A DNA stretch of 64,000 bases from Deinococcales bacterium (GTDB lineage: Bacteria; Deinococcota; Deinococci; Deinococcales; JAAFIG01). The stretch spans positions 10,338 through 74,337 of the forward strand of contig JAAFIG010000016.1 in assembly GCA_013298595.1 (NCBI GenBank). Direction: 5' to 3'. The notes under the pieces were generated by a model that searched no databases, was not told the origin of the DNA, and saw only the letters and a program-made list of their open reading frames with translations. The position numbers were made by a program, and so were the translations under genes. Shown here piece after piece: positions 53,117-63,694 of the stretch; position 1 is the first letter of the stretch; each line of letters opens with the position of its first letter.

Positions 53117-54153
53117 TGAAAGCCGTTACTTTCCAAGATATTGGTAGTGTGGCTGTGCTCGAGACTCCAGAGCCGACTTTAGAATTGCCATCTGATGTGA
53201 TTGTTCGTGTGACACGTTGCGCTATTTGTGGTTCGGATTTACATTTGTACCACGGCGAAATCCCAATGATGCCAGGCGATACTTGTGGGCATGAATTCAC
53301 AGGTATCATCGAAGATACTGGCTCGAGTGTTGGTAAATTCAAACGTGGTGACCGAGTAGTTGGCACTTTTCATACCGCTTGTGGTTCGTGCAATGCCTGT
53401 CAACGCGGCGAGTACCATTTATGCGCCAGTGCAGCTGTTTATGGCTTTGGACCAATTTATGGTGCACTTAATGGTTCGCAAGCCGAATATGCCCGAGTAC
53501 CTTTTGCCGATATCAATTTACGCCACATCCCAGACAAACTTGAGGATGAAGCTGCCTTATTTGCTGGTGACATCCTAACAACTGCTTACGGTGCAGCTCG
53601 TAATGCCAATATCAGCGCAGGCAGCAGCGTTGCCATTATTGGTTGTGGACCCGTTGGTATCATGGCAATCCAAAGTGCTTTAGCATTAGGAGCCACCCGA
53701 GTGATTGCCATAGATTTACTCGAGGAACGCTTACAACTCGCCTCGAGTCTGGGGGCAGAAATCATCAATGCCAGCAATAGCGACCCTGTTGGTCGGATTA
53801 TGGCACTCAGTGATGGCGAAGGTGTGGATGCAGTCATTGAAGCCGTGGGTGGCTCGAGAACGATTTTACTGGCTTTTGAAATGGTACGACCAGGCGGACA
53901 TATCTCGGCTGTTGGTATTACTGCCACCCAAACCTTTGACTACCCATTAATGCAAAGTACCACCAAAGACATTACTTTTCGGGTTGGGCTTGCCAATATC
54001 CACCGCGACATAGACAAAACCCTTGCTCTGATAGCCAACGGTAAAATAGACCCAACAGTTGTGATCTCGCATCGTCTAGCACTCGAGGAGGCTGCTGAGG
54101 GATACCATTTATTTGATACTCGAGTAGCCAGTAAAGTGATTCTGATACCTTGA
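53113..54153 (+). CDS. zinc-dependent alcohol dehydrogenase (MDR family)
   Basis: Catalytic Zn motif GHEFTG, structural Zn Cys cluster CGSCNACQRGEYHLC, and Rossmann GCGPVG. ATGA overlap with the SCP2 gene. Confidence 0.9.
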   Translation: MMKAVTFQDIGSVAVLETPEPTLELPSDVIVRVTRCAICGSDLHLYHGEIPMMPGDTCGHEFTGIIEDTGSSVGKFKRGDRVVGTFHTACGSCNACQRGEYHLCASAAVYGFGPIYGALNGSQAEYARVPFADINLRHIPDKLEDEAALFAGDILTTAYGAARNANISAGSSVAIIGCGPVGIMAIQSALALGATRVIAIDLLEERLQLASSLGAEIINASNSDPVGRIMALSDGEGVDAVIEAVGGSRTILLAFEMVRPGGHISAVGITATQTFDYPLMQSTTKDITFRVGLANIHRDIDKTLALIANGKIDPTVVISHRLALEEAAEGYHLFDTRVASKVILIP

Positions 54154-54165
54154 ATGATGCGGTAA

Positions 54166-54190
54166 ATCAGGCATGCCTCGCCACTACGGT
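54166..54190. repeat. REP-family half copy
   Basis: GGCATGCCTCGCCACTACG matches the right half of the consensus (GGCATGCCTCGCCCCTACG) with one mismatch. The left arm is absent. Confidence 0.55.
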
Positions 54191-54231
54191 TCCCCTTTGC
54201 CCTTCAACACAAAATATGGTCAAATAATCCC

Positions 54232-54654
54232 ATGACTGTTTCCACTGTCCGCAGCGATTACTCAACTCGAGGAAATGATGTTCTGGATGTACTCGAGGGA
54301 GAGTACGTACTGATTTCGTTGCCAGCACAAGTCGAAATTACATTACCTCGCAGCAATGCTTTAAGAGTGTTACTACAAGACCCATTTGAAACAACCCTGA
54401 TTCTCGAAGTCAGTGCTTGGTTAGGTATTGCCAATAAGTACCCCGAAGCAAAAGCCAATCGCAATTACCGAGCGATTCGACTTTCTCAGGATTTCCCACT
54501 CGAGACCATTGGTGTGATGGCAAAACTCACAGCCGCTTTAGCACAAGCTGGAGTGAGTATCATGGCGTACAGCACCTTTAAAACCGATGTGGTTCTGGTA
54601 CGCGAATGGGAATTAGCTCAGGCACTTGGCGCATTGTGGGATTTACGTTTTTAA
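54232..54654 (+). CDS. ACT-domain protein (ACT_7-like)
   Basis: IGVMAKLTAALAQAGVSIMAYSTFKTDVVLV fits the ACT_7 pattern; 140 aa. Confidence 0.6.
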   Translation: MTVSTVRSDYSTRGNDVLDVLEGEYVLISLPAQVEITLPRSNALRVLLQDPFETTLILEVSAWLGIANKYPEAKANRNYRAIRLSQDFPLETIGVMAKLTAALAQAGVSIMAYSTFKTDVVLVREWELAQALGALWDLRF

Positions 54655-54668
54655 CCCAAGCCTGACAA

Positions 54669-55079
54669 TTATTTTTGCGTTAAATTAAACATAAAAACAC
54701 GTTCTTGTTTAGCCCCATTAGGCAATTGTCGAATCATTTGCATCTCGAGAATAGCAGCTGGTAAACCAGTTGGTAAATTCTGTTTCACCACAGCCAGAAT
54801 TTGTTGGGCTGTTTGTTCGGCTTGTTTCCCTTGGCTTGGATCAAAAGTTACGGGCACAGTCAGTTTTAATTTATTTTTACCATTGACACTCTCAAAACCA
54901 AATTTTGCATCTTTGATATTAGGCACCACACGTTGCAATTCTTTCTCGAGCTTCTGGACTTGTTGAAAACCCTGAGTCACAAGTGGCGCTGCCTGATTCC
55001 AAATCCATAAACCACCGACCACTAAGCCACCCACAACCAAGACCAAAATAACACCACAACCAATCAGGAAATTCTTCAT
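54669..55079 (-). CDS. membrane-anchored hypothetical protein
   Basis: N-terminal TM helix MKNFLIGCGVILVLVVGGLVVGGLWIW followed by a soluble domain. No family recognised. Confidence 0.55.
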   Translation of the reverse strand: MKNFLIGCGVILVLVVGGLVVGGLWIWNQAAPLVTQGFQQVQKLEKELQRVVPNIKDAKFGFESVNGKNKLKLTVPVTFDPSQGKQAEQTAQQILAVVKQNLPTGLPAAILEMQMIRQLPNGAKQERVFMFNLTQK

Positions 55080-55315
55080 ACCTTAGTTTACCCAGTCATT
55101 TTTTACGATGATGAGTAAAGCAAGTAACACGCCTATCGTCTGGTGTTGCACCAATCAGCAAACCTCAAGAATAGCTTTCTGGAAAGCATTTTTAAATAGT
55201 TTCACTCCATGCGACGTTCATGCGACGCTCCTTTGTGCAAACTATTCACAGCACTCGAGAAATTCAATCGTTCCAACCTCGAGTTGCAAATAAACTTCAT
55301 TTCTTTGGAGGCATC

Positions 55316-55687
55316 ATGAAAAACCTAGTTAAACTCGCATTCGTCGGCATCACCACCCTTATTCTCGGATTGAGTATCACCCGAGTTGGCGCACAAGCAC
55401 GTTACGATTTTGCAGGTGTTTACGATGTGCGCGGAACAAACCCAGATGGCAGCAAATACAGCGATGTTGTAGCAGTCACAGATTACGGCGATGGGTACCG
55501 AGTTGATTATGGCGAAGGTGAAACGGGTATTGCCACCGATTTTGGCACAAGTATTGGTATCGCTTCGCAAGATAAAGGCATTGCAACTATCACCCTCTTA
55601 AAAATCATCAATAACTCGCAACTCGAGGGGTACTGGCAAGATTACAGCCACCCTAAAGAAGGCACAGAAACTTGGACTCAACGCTAA
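55316..55687 (+). CDS. small secreted hypothetical protein
   Basis: ATG 55316 is preceded by GGAGG (55307-55311). Signal peptide MKNLVKLAFVGITTLILGLSITRVGAQA. Confidence 0.55.
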   Translation: MKNLVKLAFVGITTLILGLSITRVGAQARYDFAGVYDVRGTNPDGSKYSDVVAVTDYGDGYRVDYGEGETGIATDFGTSIGIASQDKGIATITLLKIINNSQLEGYWQDYSHPKEGTETWTQR

Positions 55688-55821
55688 GATAACATCAAGT
55701 TCAGCAGGTACTCGAGTTGACCTCAAAATATTGCTTCTAGGGGTCACTCGAGCTTATTAAATCAGTCTAGTAAAGACTAATTTAATAGCGTATTGTGATA
55801 ATTAAACCAAAGGAGAATAAA

Positions 55822-56289
55822 ATGTCAACCCAAACCGTTGAAATTCAGATTTCCAAAGATGGTAAACGGCTCGAGACCACCCAAGGGCAGGCCCTGTATT
55901 ACTTTAAACTCCAAGAATTCGACCCATACCACAAAGGAAACATTCCGTGGATGTTGGGGGTTCCAGGTTTACAACCGGGTTTCCCAGAATTTATGCAAAA
56001 ATGGATTACTCAGTGGCAACCACTGATAGGAAACCCTGTTTTCCAAGGCAACGAAGCGGAAAGCAGTGTTTCACAAAAGGATTTTAATGATTTTAATCGG
56101 GCTGGCGAACCAATGATGGGACAAGCCCAAATTACCTTCAAAAAATGGTACGTGTACACCTTTACAGCCGACACTGATGGTACTGCAAATGGCGAAATTG
56201 CTGGAATGTGGAAATTGCTTCCTGTAAATCTGAAAGGTTTAGTTGAAGGTGTTGGCATCAGCGATCAAAGTTTCACTGGTGGACCCTAA
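55822..56289 (+). CDS. hypothetical protein with Yx(F/Y)xxD-type repeats (COG4315-like)
   Basis: ATG 55822 is preceded by AGGAG (55811-55815). Two repeats, GQALYYFKLQEFD and KKWYVYTFTADTDG, are reminiscent of the COG4315 lipoprotein repeat. The assignment is weak. Confidence 0.45.
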   Translation: MSTQTVEIQISKDGKRLETTQGQALYYFKLQEFDPYHKGNIPWMLGVPGLQPGFPEFMQKWITQWQPLIGNPVFQGNEAESSVSQKDFNDFNRAGEPMMGQAQITFKKWYVYTFTADTDGTANGEIAGMWKLLPVNLKGLVEGVGISDQSFTGGP

Positions 56290-56305
56290 CTCCTATAACT
56301 TTATC

Positions 56306-59251
56306 CTAAACCGAACTGCTCAGAATTTTAGAGACTCGAGTAGTCATGAAAATTTCAATATCAAAAGCTAAGTTCTGAGGCTGTTCAAGGTACTGTTGAG
56401 CTTCAAATCTTATACTTGCCTCAGTTGCAGGGTGCCAATACACAAGCTCAAAAAGCTCTTGAGCTTGTGTATTATTTATACGAAAATACATTTCTCCAAC
56501 ACCCAAAAATATTTTTATAACCAAAGGGATTTCTTTTAATTTCCAAGCAATTCTTAAAGCATCCTGAAAAAAAAGCAGTGCCTCAGATTCACTTTCGGAG
56601 ATTCTTCCTAAAATAATCAATGAGGTTGCTTTGACTGTTGCATTAAAATGCAATTCATTTAGCTGCAAAGCCTCGAGACTGTGTGAACGTGCTACCTCAT
56701 ACTGTTTGGTTTTCAGTGCTATTTCACCTAAGTTGTTGAGGAAGAATGGCACAATCAATGTGTATTTGAGTTCGTGCGCGAGTTGCAACCCTAAATTTAA
56801 GTATTCCTTAGCTTGTGGAAAAAAACCTTGCTTCGTTTTCAAAATTCCAAGTTCGTTATGCAAAATAGTGATACCAAAAGAATTATCAGCTTGCTGATGA
56901 AGTAATAACGCTTCCAAGTCATTATTCTCAGCATCAGAATAGCGTCCCAAAATTGTTTTAAGACTCGCGATCCCCACAAGATAGTTAGCAATATGAGCGC
57001 TATTACCTACCATTCTAGCTATCTTCAGAGCAACTTCCAAATGCGTTAATGACGACTCTGGATAACCCTGAATTTTTTCAAGAGCAGAAAGTGTACTCAA
57101 AGCTTTCATTAACCAAGTTTCGCGTCCCTCGAGTGACTGCAACAATTGCACAGCGCGTTCAGCTAGTGCAATATCGTACCGTCCAATTCGGTGTCCTAAC
57201 CAAGCAGCTTCAAAACAGGCTTTGCCAAGGGCGGCTTTGGCATTTGCTCCTGCTTGTTCTAAAACTTCTATGGCATCTTCAAATAATTGTTGACCTTCTT
57301 CACATCTGGCTTTACGATCAAAAAACACCACTAAATCAGTGGAACGCTCGAGATGCAAATAATTTTTTTGATGAACTGCCCAATGCCATGCCGTGCGGAT
57401 ATTCTCGAGGTCAGTTTCAATTTCGGTTAAGTATTGCTGGTCTGTACTACCACCCATTGGTCTTTGCTCGAGGAAATCAAAATAGTAATCACTGTGTTTT
57501 TCTTGTTGTGCTTCGAGTAATGCTGGGTTGCTGTGTAGTTTTTCAAAACTAAATTCTTGTACCATTAAATGCCGTTCAAACCGTCCTGTGGCATTGCGTT
57601 GCAAAAAACTTTTGTTACACAGTGTTAATAAAGTCCGAATGGTAATACCCGAAATGTGTTCGGCGGCTTCTCGAGTGAACCCATTTTGGAAAACAGCTAA
57701 TCGTTGCAATGCCATTTGTTCATCTGGGTTGAGTAATGTCCAAGCGTATTCAAAAACAGCCCGTAGGCTGCGGTGACGCTCTGGAAGCTCGGGTTGTGTG
57801 GTTTGTAAGAATGTTAGCCCAAGTTCTAATTCCAGTACAATTTCTGCTAGTGTCAACACTCGAGTCCAATGACTTGCAAGTTCGAGTGCTAATGGTAATC
57901 CATTGAGTAATTGACAAATTTGGATCATGTACTTTTGATCTTCTGGCTCGAGAGTAAAGCGTGCATTAGTTTTTTTGGCACTGCGTAAAAATAATTGCAC
58001 AGCGTCAAATTCTTCAATTGGGGTTACTTCTGGTGTCACAGAACTGGCTGGTATGGACATACCGAAAATATCAAGTAAATATTCATCTTGCCAATCCAGC
58101 ACTTCGCGGGATGTGGTAAGAATTTTTATTGCAGGGCAGGATTGTAGAATCTCGAGCAGAATATCTGCGCCGTCTAGTAAATGCTCAAAATTATCAAAGA
58201 TCAGTAGCATCTCTTGGTTTTGTAAATGAGTGATGAGTTGCTCGGTAGCGTGTTCGGCATTGACCAGTGGTAATTCGAGGGCAGCAAAAATTGCAGGTAA
58301 CACTTGAACTGTGCTTGAAAGATTTGCTAGTGCCACAAAAGTACTACCTTGTGCGAATAAAGCACCAATTCTCGAGGCTGTTTCGATGGCTAATCTGGTT
58401 TTTCCGATGCCACCCTGTCCAACCAATGTTAGTAACCGAACTTCTGGTGCACTTAACTTGGCTTCGATTGCTTGTAATTCGCGTTCACGACCAATAAAGG
58501 CTGTATTTGGCGCTGTAAAGCCACGTAATATGTTTACTGGCTCGAGGTTTAGTGTAATTAACGCATTTCTTAATTGCTCGGCAAGTAATGTGGTGGATTC
58601 AAGTGGCACTAAACCCATCTCTTGATCTAATACTTTGGCAAAAGCTTCGTATGCTTGTAATGCTGCTACTTGCGAAGCACTATTTTGCAAAGACAACCGC
58701 AGGAATGCTTGTAGCACATCTTCGGCTAAAGGTTCAAAGCGTAAGGCTCTTTGAAACAAAGTATTCATTTCTAGCATTTGTTGTTTAGACTCGAGCATGG
58801 CTGCATAACTCAGCACTGCTTCGCGGTACGAAGTCCGTAGCGTTTCTTGTTCGATTTCTAACCATTCTTCAAAGGCAGGTAAGGCTGAACTTAAACCCTC
58901 GAGTAACAAACCTTGGTAGCTTGCCACAGCATTTTTCCAATCACCAGTTGCGAAAAAACGAGCAAATTCGAGCACATCTGAATCCACCACCCAACGAACC
59001 TGCTCGTCAAGAGTTTCTAAGGTGACAAATGGTAAATCTCGCACCCGACTAAGTAAATGCCGCAAATTCTTACGCGCTGAAACAGAATCCGCATCATCCC
59101 ATAGCAACAATGCCAGTTGATCTCGAGACACCCAATCGGCTTTGAATGCCAAAAATGCCAATAATAAGAAGCGTTTCTCGGGTAAAAAAGGAATGGTTGA
59201 GTTGCTAAAAATAATTTTAGCAACTCCAAAAAGCGTAACCCGTGTCCCCAT
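56306..59251 (-). CDS. SARP/BTAD - NB-ARC (P-loop STAND) - TPR transcriptional regulator
   Basis: 981 aa. N-terminal winged-helix + BTAD region (LLLAFLAF...RDQLALLLW...RKNLRHLLSRVR; AYEAFAKVLDQEMGLVP), P-loop VGQGGIGKTRLA, and a long C-terminal helical-repeat region. Confidence 0.85.
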   Translation of the reverse strand: MGTRVTLFGVAKIIFSNSTIPFLPEKRFLLLAFLAFKADWVSRDQLALLLWDDADSVSARKNLRHLLSRVRDLPFVTLETLDEQVRWVVDSDVLEFARFFATGDWKNAVASYQGLLLEGLSSALPAFEEWLEIEQETLRTSYREAVLSYAAMLESKQQMLEMNTLFQRALRFEPLAEDVLQAFLRLSLQNSASQVAALQAYEAFAKVLDQEMGLVPLESTTLLAEQLRNALITLNLEPVNILRGFTAPNTAFIGRERELQAIEAKLSAPEVRLLTLVGQGGIGKTRLAIETASRIGALFAQGSTFVALANLSSTVQVLPAIFAALELPLVNAEHATEQLITHLQNQEMLLIFDNFEHLLDGADILLEILQSCPAIKILTTSREVLDWQDEYLLDIFGMSIPASSVTPEVTPIEEFDAVQLFLRSAKKTNARFTLEPEDQKYMIQICQLLNGLPLALELASHWTRVLTLAEIVLELELGLTFLQTTQPELPERHRSLRAVFEYAWTLLNPDEQMALQRLAVFQNGFTREAAEHISGITIRTLLTLCNKSFLQRNATGRFERHLMVQEFSFEKLHSNPALLEAQQEKHSDYYFDFLEQRPMGGSTDQQYLTEIETDLENIRTAWHWAVHQKNYLHLERSTDLVVFFDRKARCEEGQQLFEDAIEVLEQAGANAKAALGKACFEAAWLGHRIGRYDIALAERAVQLLQSLEGRETWLMKALSTLSALEKIQGYPESSLTHLEVALKIARMVGNSAHIANYLVGIASLKTILGRYSDAENNDLEALLLHQQADNSFGITILHNELGILKTKQGFFPQAKEYLNLGLQLAHELKYTLIVPFFLNNLGEIALKTKQYEVARSHSLEALQLNELHFNATVKATSLIILGRISESESEALLFFQDALRIAWKLKEIPLVIKIFLGVGEMYFRINNTQAQELFELVYWHPATEASIRFEAQQYLEQPQNLAFDIEIFMTTRVSKILSSSV

Positions 59252-59486
59252 TGGGTTTTATCATAACAAAACCGAGGCGACACTGGTGCGACGCGTATTT
59301 TGGCAAACTAAGATATATGAATCGAACATCGGCAACAAACAAAGAAAAGCATAATCCATTCAGTGCATAAGTTGTTGCCCACAAAAACCAACAAGTTCTG
59401 CTTGAGGTACAAAAAATTGGATACCAAAAACATTCACTTTACCTAACTGCCAACAACAATTTCTTATGACACTTGGAGCAAAACAT

Positions 59487-60014
59487 ATGAAACCAATATT
59501 TCTTATTCTTGGCACGCCTGCTTCAGGCAAAAGCACGGTTGCCAAAGCACTTGCACAGCGATTTGAACGCGGATTACACATCCCTGTTGATGATTTGCGC
59601 CACATGGTTGTATCTGGGCTTTCTGATATGAGTTTGCAAATCCCACCCGAAACGCTCAAACAAGTACACTTAGCTCGAGAAGCCGCCTCGAGCATGGCAA
59701 GACTGTACTCCGACGAGGGTTTTGTGGTGACCATAGATGATTTTTGGTACAGCGAAACTCCAGACGCGGATTACAATCGCAAAATCGGGCAGCGCATCAC
59801 CCGAATTTTATTGCTACCCAGTTTTGAAATCACCCTCAAGCGTTTATACTCACGCAATAAAGATGAAGAGCATTTTAAGCAGATTCTTGAGCAAGCAATT
59901 CGCGTTCTTCATACTGCTATTACACAACATCTCAAAATCGGTTGGATCGTCATTGACTCGAGTGAATTAAGTGTCGAAGAAACAGTAAATCAAATTCTTA
60001 AAATGATAAAATAA
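59487..60014 (+). CDS. P-loop NTPase / small-molecule kinase-like protein (AAA_33-like)
   Basis: MKPIFLILGTPASGKSTVAKALA Walker A. Size and layout resemble adenylate/gluconate-kinase-like phosphotransferases. GGAG at 59475-59478. Confidence 0.7.
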   Translation: MKPIFLILGTPASGKSTVAKALAQRFERGLHIPVDDLRHMVVSGLSDMSLQIPPETLKQVHLAREAASSMARLYSDEGFVVTIDDFWYSETPDADYNRKIGQRITRILLLPSFEITLKRLYSRNKDEEHFKQILEQAIRVLHTAITQHLKIGWIVIDSSELSVEETVNQILKMIK

Positions 60015-60152
60015 TTGTTGTGCATGTCAAAACACTAAATCAGTCAATTTTTTATTCTCGAGTGAATCAGCCGCGAATAAAAAATTGGTAAAACATTTAA
60101 GCAATACCTGCAATTATTCTCGTGGTACAAATTTCTCAGATTCTGTTTTAGG

Positions 60153-60599
60153 GTGAAATTTGATTTTTCAACTGTTACGCCATCATCAAAATTTATGTTC
60201 TCAGGCAATCAAAAATATATTTTAACGTATTCACCTCGAGAAGAAAGTTCTGAACCTGCGAAACCTGAAGAACTTGATGGTCAATATCGGATTATTGAAC
60301 TTGGCACAGAAAAAGTGATGAAAGTCGATAACTGCCAATCAGTAGTGGCTGCTGGTTGGCAGTTTGGTGGTTCTTCCATGATCTATTCAACTCGCAATTA
60401 TGCAGATCGAAGCAAAAATGGTTTGTTTATTGTCGGTACACCTGAGCAACAGCCAAGAAAACTATTGTCTGGTACGTTTATTCCACCCAGTTTTCTGCTC
60501 GATGTCCAACCATTTTGGGCGAAAAACAACACCGTTTTGTTACGTGAGATTCAAGGGAAAACCACAAAATTGGTGCTCTTAAAACTTGGGCAGAAGTAA
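60153..60599 (+). CDS. hypothetical protein
   Basis: 148-codon ORF with a GTG start; no family recognised. Confidence 0.4.
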   Translation: MKFDFSTVTPSSKFMFSGNQKYILTYSPREESSEPAKPEELDGQYRIIELGTEKVMKVDNCQSVVAAGWQFGGSSMIYSTRNYADRSKNGLFIVGTPEQQPRKLLSGTFIPPSFLLDVQPFWAKNNTVLLREIQGKTTKLVLLKLGQK

Positions 60600-60835
60600 A
60601 AACTGGCGCTTGCAAAGAATGTTTATGTATTACCAATAATCTGAGGTTGCCGTACTCGAGCAACCAGTGATTTGCTGGTAATACTCGAGTAGCCTTGCAT
60701 GTCGCTATAGATATTACTCATTGATGTCATATGAGGTGTAATCTGCGTGCAGAAAAAAAGCACCAACTTGTGTTCTACGAGTAGCAACACACTGCTCTAA
60801 GCATTAAGTCTTGAATACAATTTACCTTTCAGCTT

Positions 60836-61741
60836 TTACGGATTGCGAAAGTATCCGATGATTACTTCGAGTTTAGCCGCTTCATCGGGCGATAGCATCG
60901 GTTCGATTGTTTCTATTACACCAGCCGAACCAATCACTCGAGGTAATGAAATTGCCACGCCTCGAGCAGCATCCCAAGCGCTGACACTAAGAATTTCATG
61001 GCGATTCTCGAGGATGACTGTGATTAAATGGGCAATAGCTTGTCCAAGACCAAATAAGAACGAGCCTTTTTTGTGCATTGCTTTCGTTACAGCGTACTGC
61101 ACTGCTTCGGTGATCTGGTTTTTCGTTTGGTTACTGAGGTGTTTTCCGTGTTGCTCGAGGTATGTTTCAAATGGTACTCCTGCGATTCGCACAGTACTCC
61201 ATGACATCAATGAACTACCACCTTGTTGACCTAGTACGTAACAGTGTACGTTGCTGGGATGTACGCCAACATGCTGAGCAATGGCTTGTCGGAACAGATT
61301 AGTCTCGAGCATTGTGCCTGTGCCAATCACTCTTTTAGCGAAGTTATCACCAAATAGTCGGGCTATGTGGTTGGTCATTAAGTCTATTGGTTGAATTGCA
61401 TTGATAACAATTGCATCTGAGCGGAGTTCGATGGCACGAATCGTGGTTAAGGTTGCCTCGAGCATATTGGTGTTCATTTCGAGTAATTGTTTACCTGAGT
61501 AATTGATTTCACTGCGTTTACCTGCTGCCAAAACAATGATTTGCGAATCGCGTACATCCTCGAGTTCACCAGCTCGTACCTTGGCTGGTTTTGGGCTTCC
61601 GCTGTTGATATCTAATGCTTGGGCTTCGGCAATGCTGTGTTCTTTATCCACCAAGACGATTTCCATTGCTTTATTTTGTTGCACCAAAGCATTGGCTATT
61701 GCGCCACCAACCATTCCAGCTCCGATAATGCTAATTTTCAT
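60836..61741 (-). CDS. LDH/MDH-superfamily protein with substituted catalytic residues
   Basis: NAD fold MKISIIGAGMVGGAIANAL...VLVD, colinear with L-lactate dehydrogenase. The loop Arg, Asp168, Arg171 and His195 equivalents read G, E, L and Q (AAGKRSEINYSGKQLL; GTMLETNLFR; LGQQGGS). Confidence 0.8.
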   Translation of the reverse strand: MKISIIGAGMVGGAIANALVQQNKAMEIVLVDKEHSIAEAQALDINSGSPKPAKVRAGELEDVRDSQIIVLAAGKRSEINYSGKQLLEMNTNMLEATLTTIRAIELRSDAIVINAIQPIDLMTNHIARLFGDNFAKRVIGTGTMLETNLFRQAIAQHVGVHPSNVHCYVLGQQGGSSLMSWSTVRIAGVPFETYLEQHGKHLSNQTKNQITEAVQYAVTKAMHKKGSFLFGLGQAIAHLITVILENRHEILSVSAWDAARGVAISLPRVIGSAGVIETIEPMLSPDEAAKLEVIIGYFRNP

Positions 61742-61861
61742 AAGTACCTCCGAAAGCTAGTCTCGAGGCTTGGCATTACCAGAGCATTACAGCAGCGTTC
61801 TTAACCTTGTGGTAATGCTTTGGTAATTTTGTCATTGCAAACTTTTGACAGGAGGATTTAT

Positions 61862-63691
61862 ATGTCAAAAGAATTCACAAGCAACCTCGAGTTACAACGC
61901 TGGGTACAAGAAACCGCAGCCCTGTGTCAACCAGACCGCATTCATTGGTGCGATGGCTCACAAGCCGAATATGATGCTCTGTGCGATCAAATGGTACAAA
62001 GTGGAACATTCACCCGCTTAAATCCAGTAAAACGCCCCAACAGTTTCCTGGCGCGTTCAGACATTTCTGATGTCGCAAGAGTCGAGGATCGGACTTTTAT
62101 TTGCTCGAGAAGCAAAGCTGACGCAGGACCAACCAATAATTGGCATGAACCTAAAAGCATGAAAACCAAGTTACAGGGCTTATTTTCTGGTTCAATGAGA
62201 GGACGCACAATGTATGTGATTCCGTTCTGCATGGGTCCAATTGGTAGCCCGATTTCGCATATTGGTGTGGAACTCTCTGATTCGCCATATGTCGTGGTCA
62301 ATATGCGAATCATGACTCGTATGGGCAAAGCCGTACTCGAGGCACTAGGTGATAACGACTTTGTGCATTGTTTACACAGTGTTGGAGCGCCACTCGAGGC
62401 TGGGCAGAAAGATGGAACTTGGGCGTGCAATGTTGACAAGTACATTGTGCATTTTCCAGAGGAACGCAGCATCTGGAGTTTCGGTAGTGGATATGGTGGT
62501 AATGCACTGCTTGGCAAGAAATGCTTTGCTTTACGAATTGCCAGTGTGCTGGCTCGAGAACAAAATTGGTTAGCTGAACATATGCTGATTCTTGGGGTGA
62601 AAGACCCGAACGGCGAAAAAACATTTGTCGCAGCAGCTTTCCCCAGTGCGTGTGGCAAAACCAATTTTGCGATGCTCATACCACCTAAACCATTCACTGA
62701 TGATGGTTGGGAAATCAGTACGGTTGGTGATGACATTGCATGGATTAAACCCGATACGACAGGACAACTCCGTGCCATCAACCCAGAAGCAGGATTCTTT
62801 GGGGTTGCACCAGGCACAAATTACGAATCCAACCCAAACGCCATGAAAAGCATTCTCGAGAACACAATTTTTACCAATGTCGCCCTAACCGACGATGGGG
62901 ATGTCTGGTGGGAAGGTATGACACCAACACCACCCACCCATTTGATTGACTGGACAGGACAAGACTGGACTCCAGATTGTGGACGCAAAGCGGCTCATCC
63001 AAACTCGAGATTCACTGCTCCAATATCACAATGCCCAGTGATAGACCCAGCGTATAACGACCCTGCTGGCGTACCAATTTCTGCTTTTATCTTCGGGGGA
63101 CGACGCTCGAGTGTCGTGCCACTTGTCTACCAAAGTTTTAACTGGACTTATGGGGTGTATGCCGCTGCGACAATGGGCAGCGAAACCACAGCGGCTGCTA
63201 TTGGTGCAACAGGTGCGGTGCGCCGTGACCCATTTGCGATGCTCCCATTTTGTGGGTATCACATGGGCGATTACTTCAACCACTGGGTGCAACTCGGACG
63301 CGAATTACCCAATCCTCCACGGATATTTAATGTCAACTGGTTTCGCAAAGACGAACACGGCAAGTTCTTATGGCAAGGCTTTGGCGAGAATATGCGTGTC
63401 TTAAAATGGATTGTTGAACGCGCTCGAGGTCATGCCACCAGTGTCGAAAGTGTCCTGGGTTGGGTACCAAGATTTGAAGACATGGACTGGCGCGGACTCG
63501 AGATCAGTAAAACCCAATTCGAGCAGTTAATCAGTGTGGACAGAGAAGCATGGCAACAAGAAATTGCTTCGCATGACGAATTGTTTGTGAAACTCTATGA
63601 CCGTTTGCCTAAGGAATTTATTTTCATCCGTGAATTGATGCTCAGTGCGTTATGGCGTTCACCAGAAAAAAGCGAATTGGCACACGAGTGA
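61862..63691 (+). CDS. pckG: phosphoenolpyruvate carboxykinase (GTP)
   Basis: ATG 61862 is preceded by AGGAGG (61850-61855). GTP-PEPCK blocks FPSACGKTN (kinase-1a), GDDIAW and NWFRKD. Confidence 0.95.
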   Translation: MSKEFTSNLELQRWVQETAALCQPDRIHWCDGSQAEYDALCDQMVQSGTFTRLNPVKRPNSFLARSDISDVARVEDRTFICSRSKADAGPTNNWHEPKSMKTKLQGLFSGSMRGRTMYVIPFCMGPIGSPISHIGVELSDSPYVVVNMRIMTRMGKAVLEALGDNDFVHCLHSVGAPLEAGQKDGTWACNVDKYIVHFPEERSIWSFGSGYGGNALLGKKCFALRIASVLAREQNWLAEHMLILGVKDPNGEKTFVAAAFPSACGKTNFAMLIPPKPFTDDGWEISTVGDDIAWIKPDTTGQLRAINPEAGFFGVAPGTNYESNPNAMKSILENTIFTNVALTDDGDVWWEGMTPTPPTHLIDWTGQDWTPDCGRKAAHPNSRFTAPISQCPVIDPAYNDPAGVPISAFIFGGRRSSVVPLVYQSFNWTYGVYAAATMGSETTAAAIGATGAVRRDPFAMLPFCGYHMGDYFNHWVQLGRELPNPPRIFNVNWFRKDEHGKFLWQGFGENMRVLKWIVERARGHATSVESVLGWVPRFEDMDWRGLEISKTQFEQLISVDREAWQQEIASHDELFVKLYDRLPKEFIFIRELMLSALWRSPEKSELAHE

Positions 63692-63694
63692 GTT

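Noticed and set aside
59360-59734. 124-aa minus-strand ORF overlapping the P-loop kinase gene
   Set aside because: The plus-strand frame has a clean Walker A, an RBS and a sensible start. The minus frame has no motif and an atypical composition.
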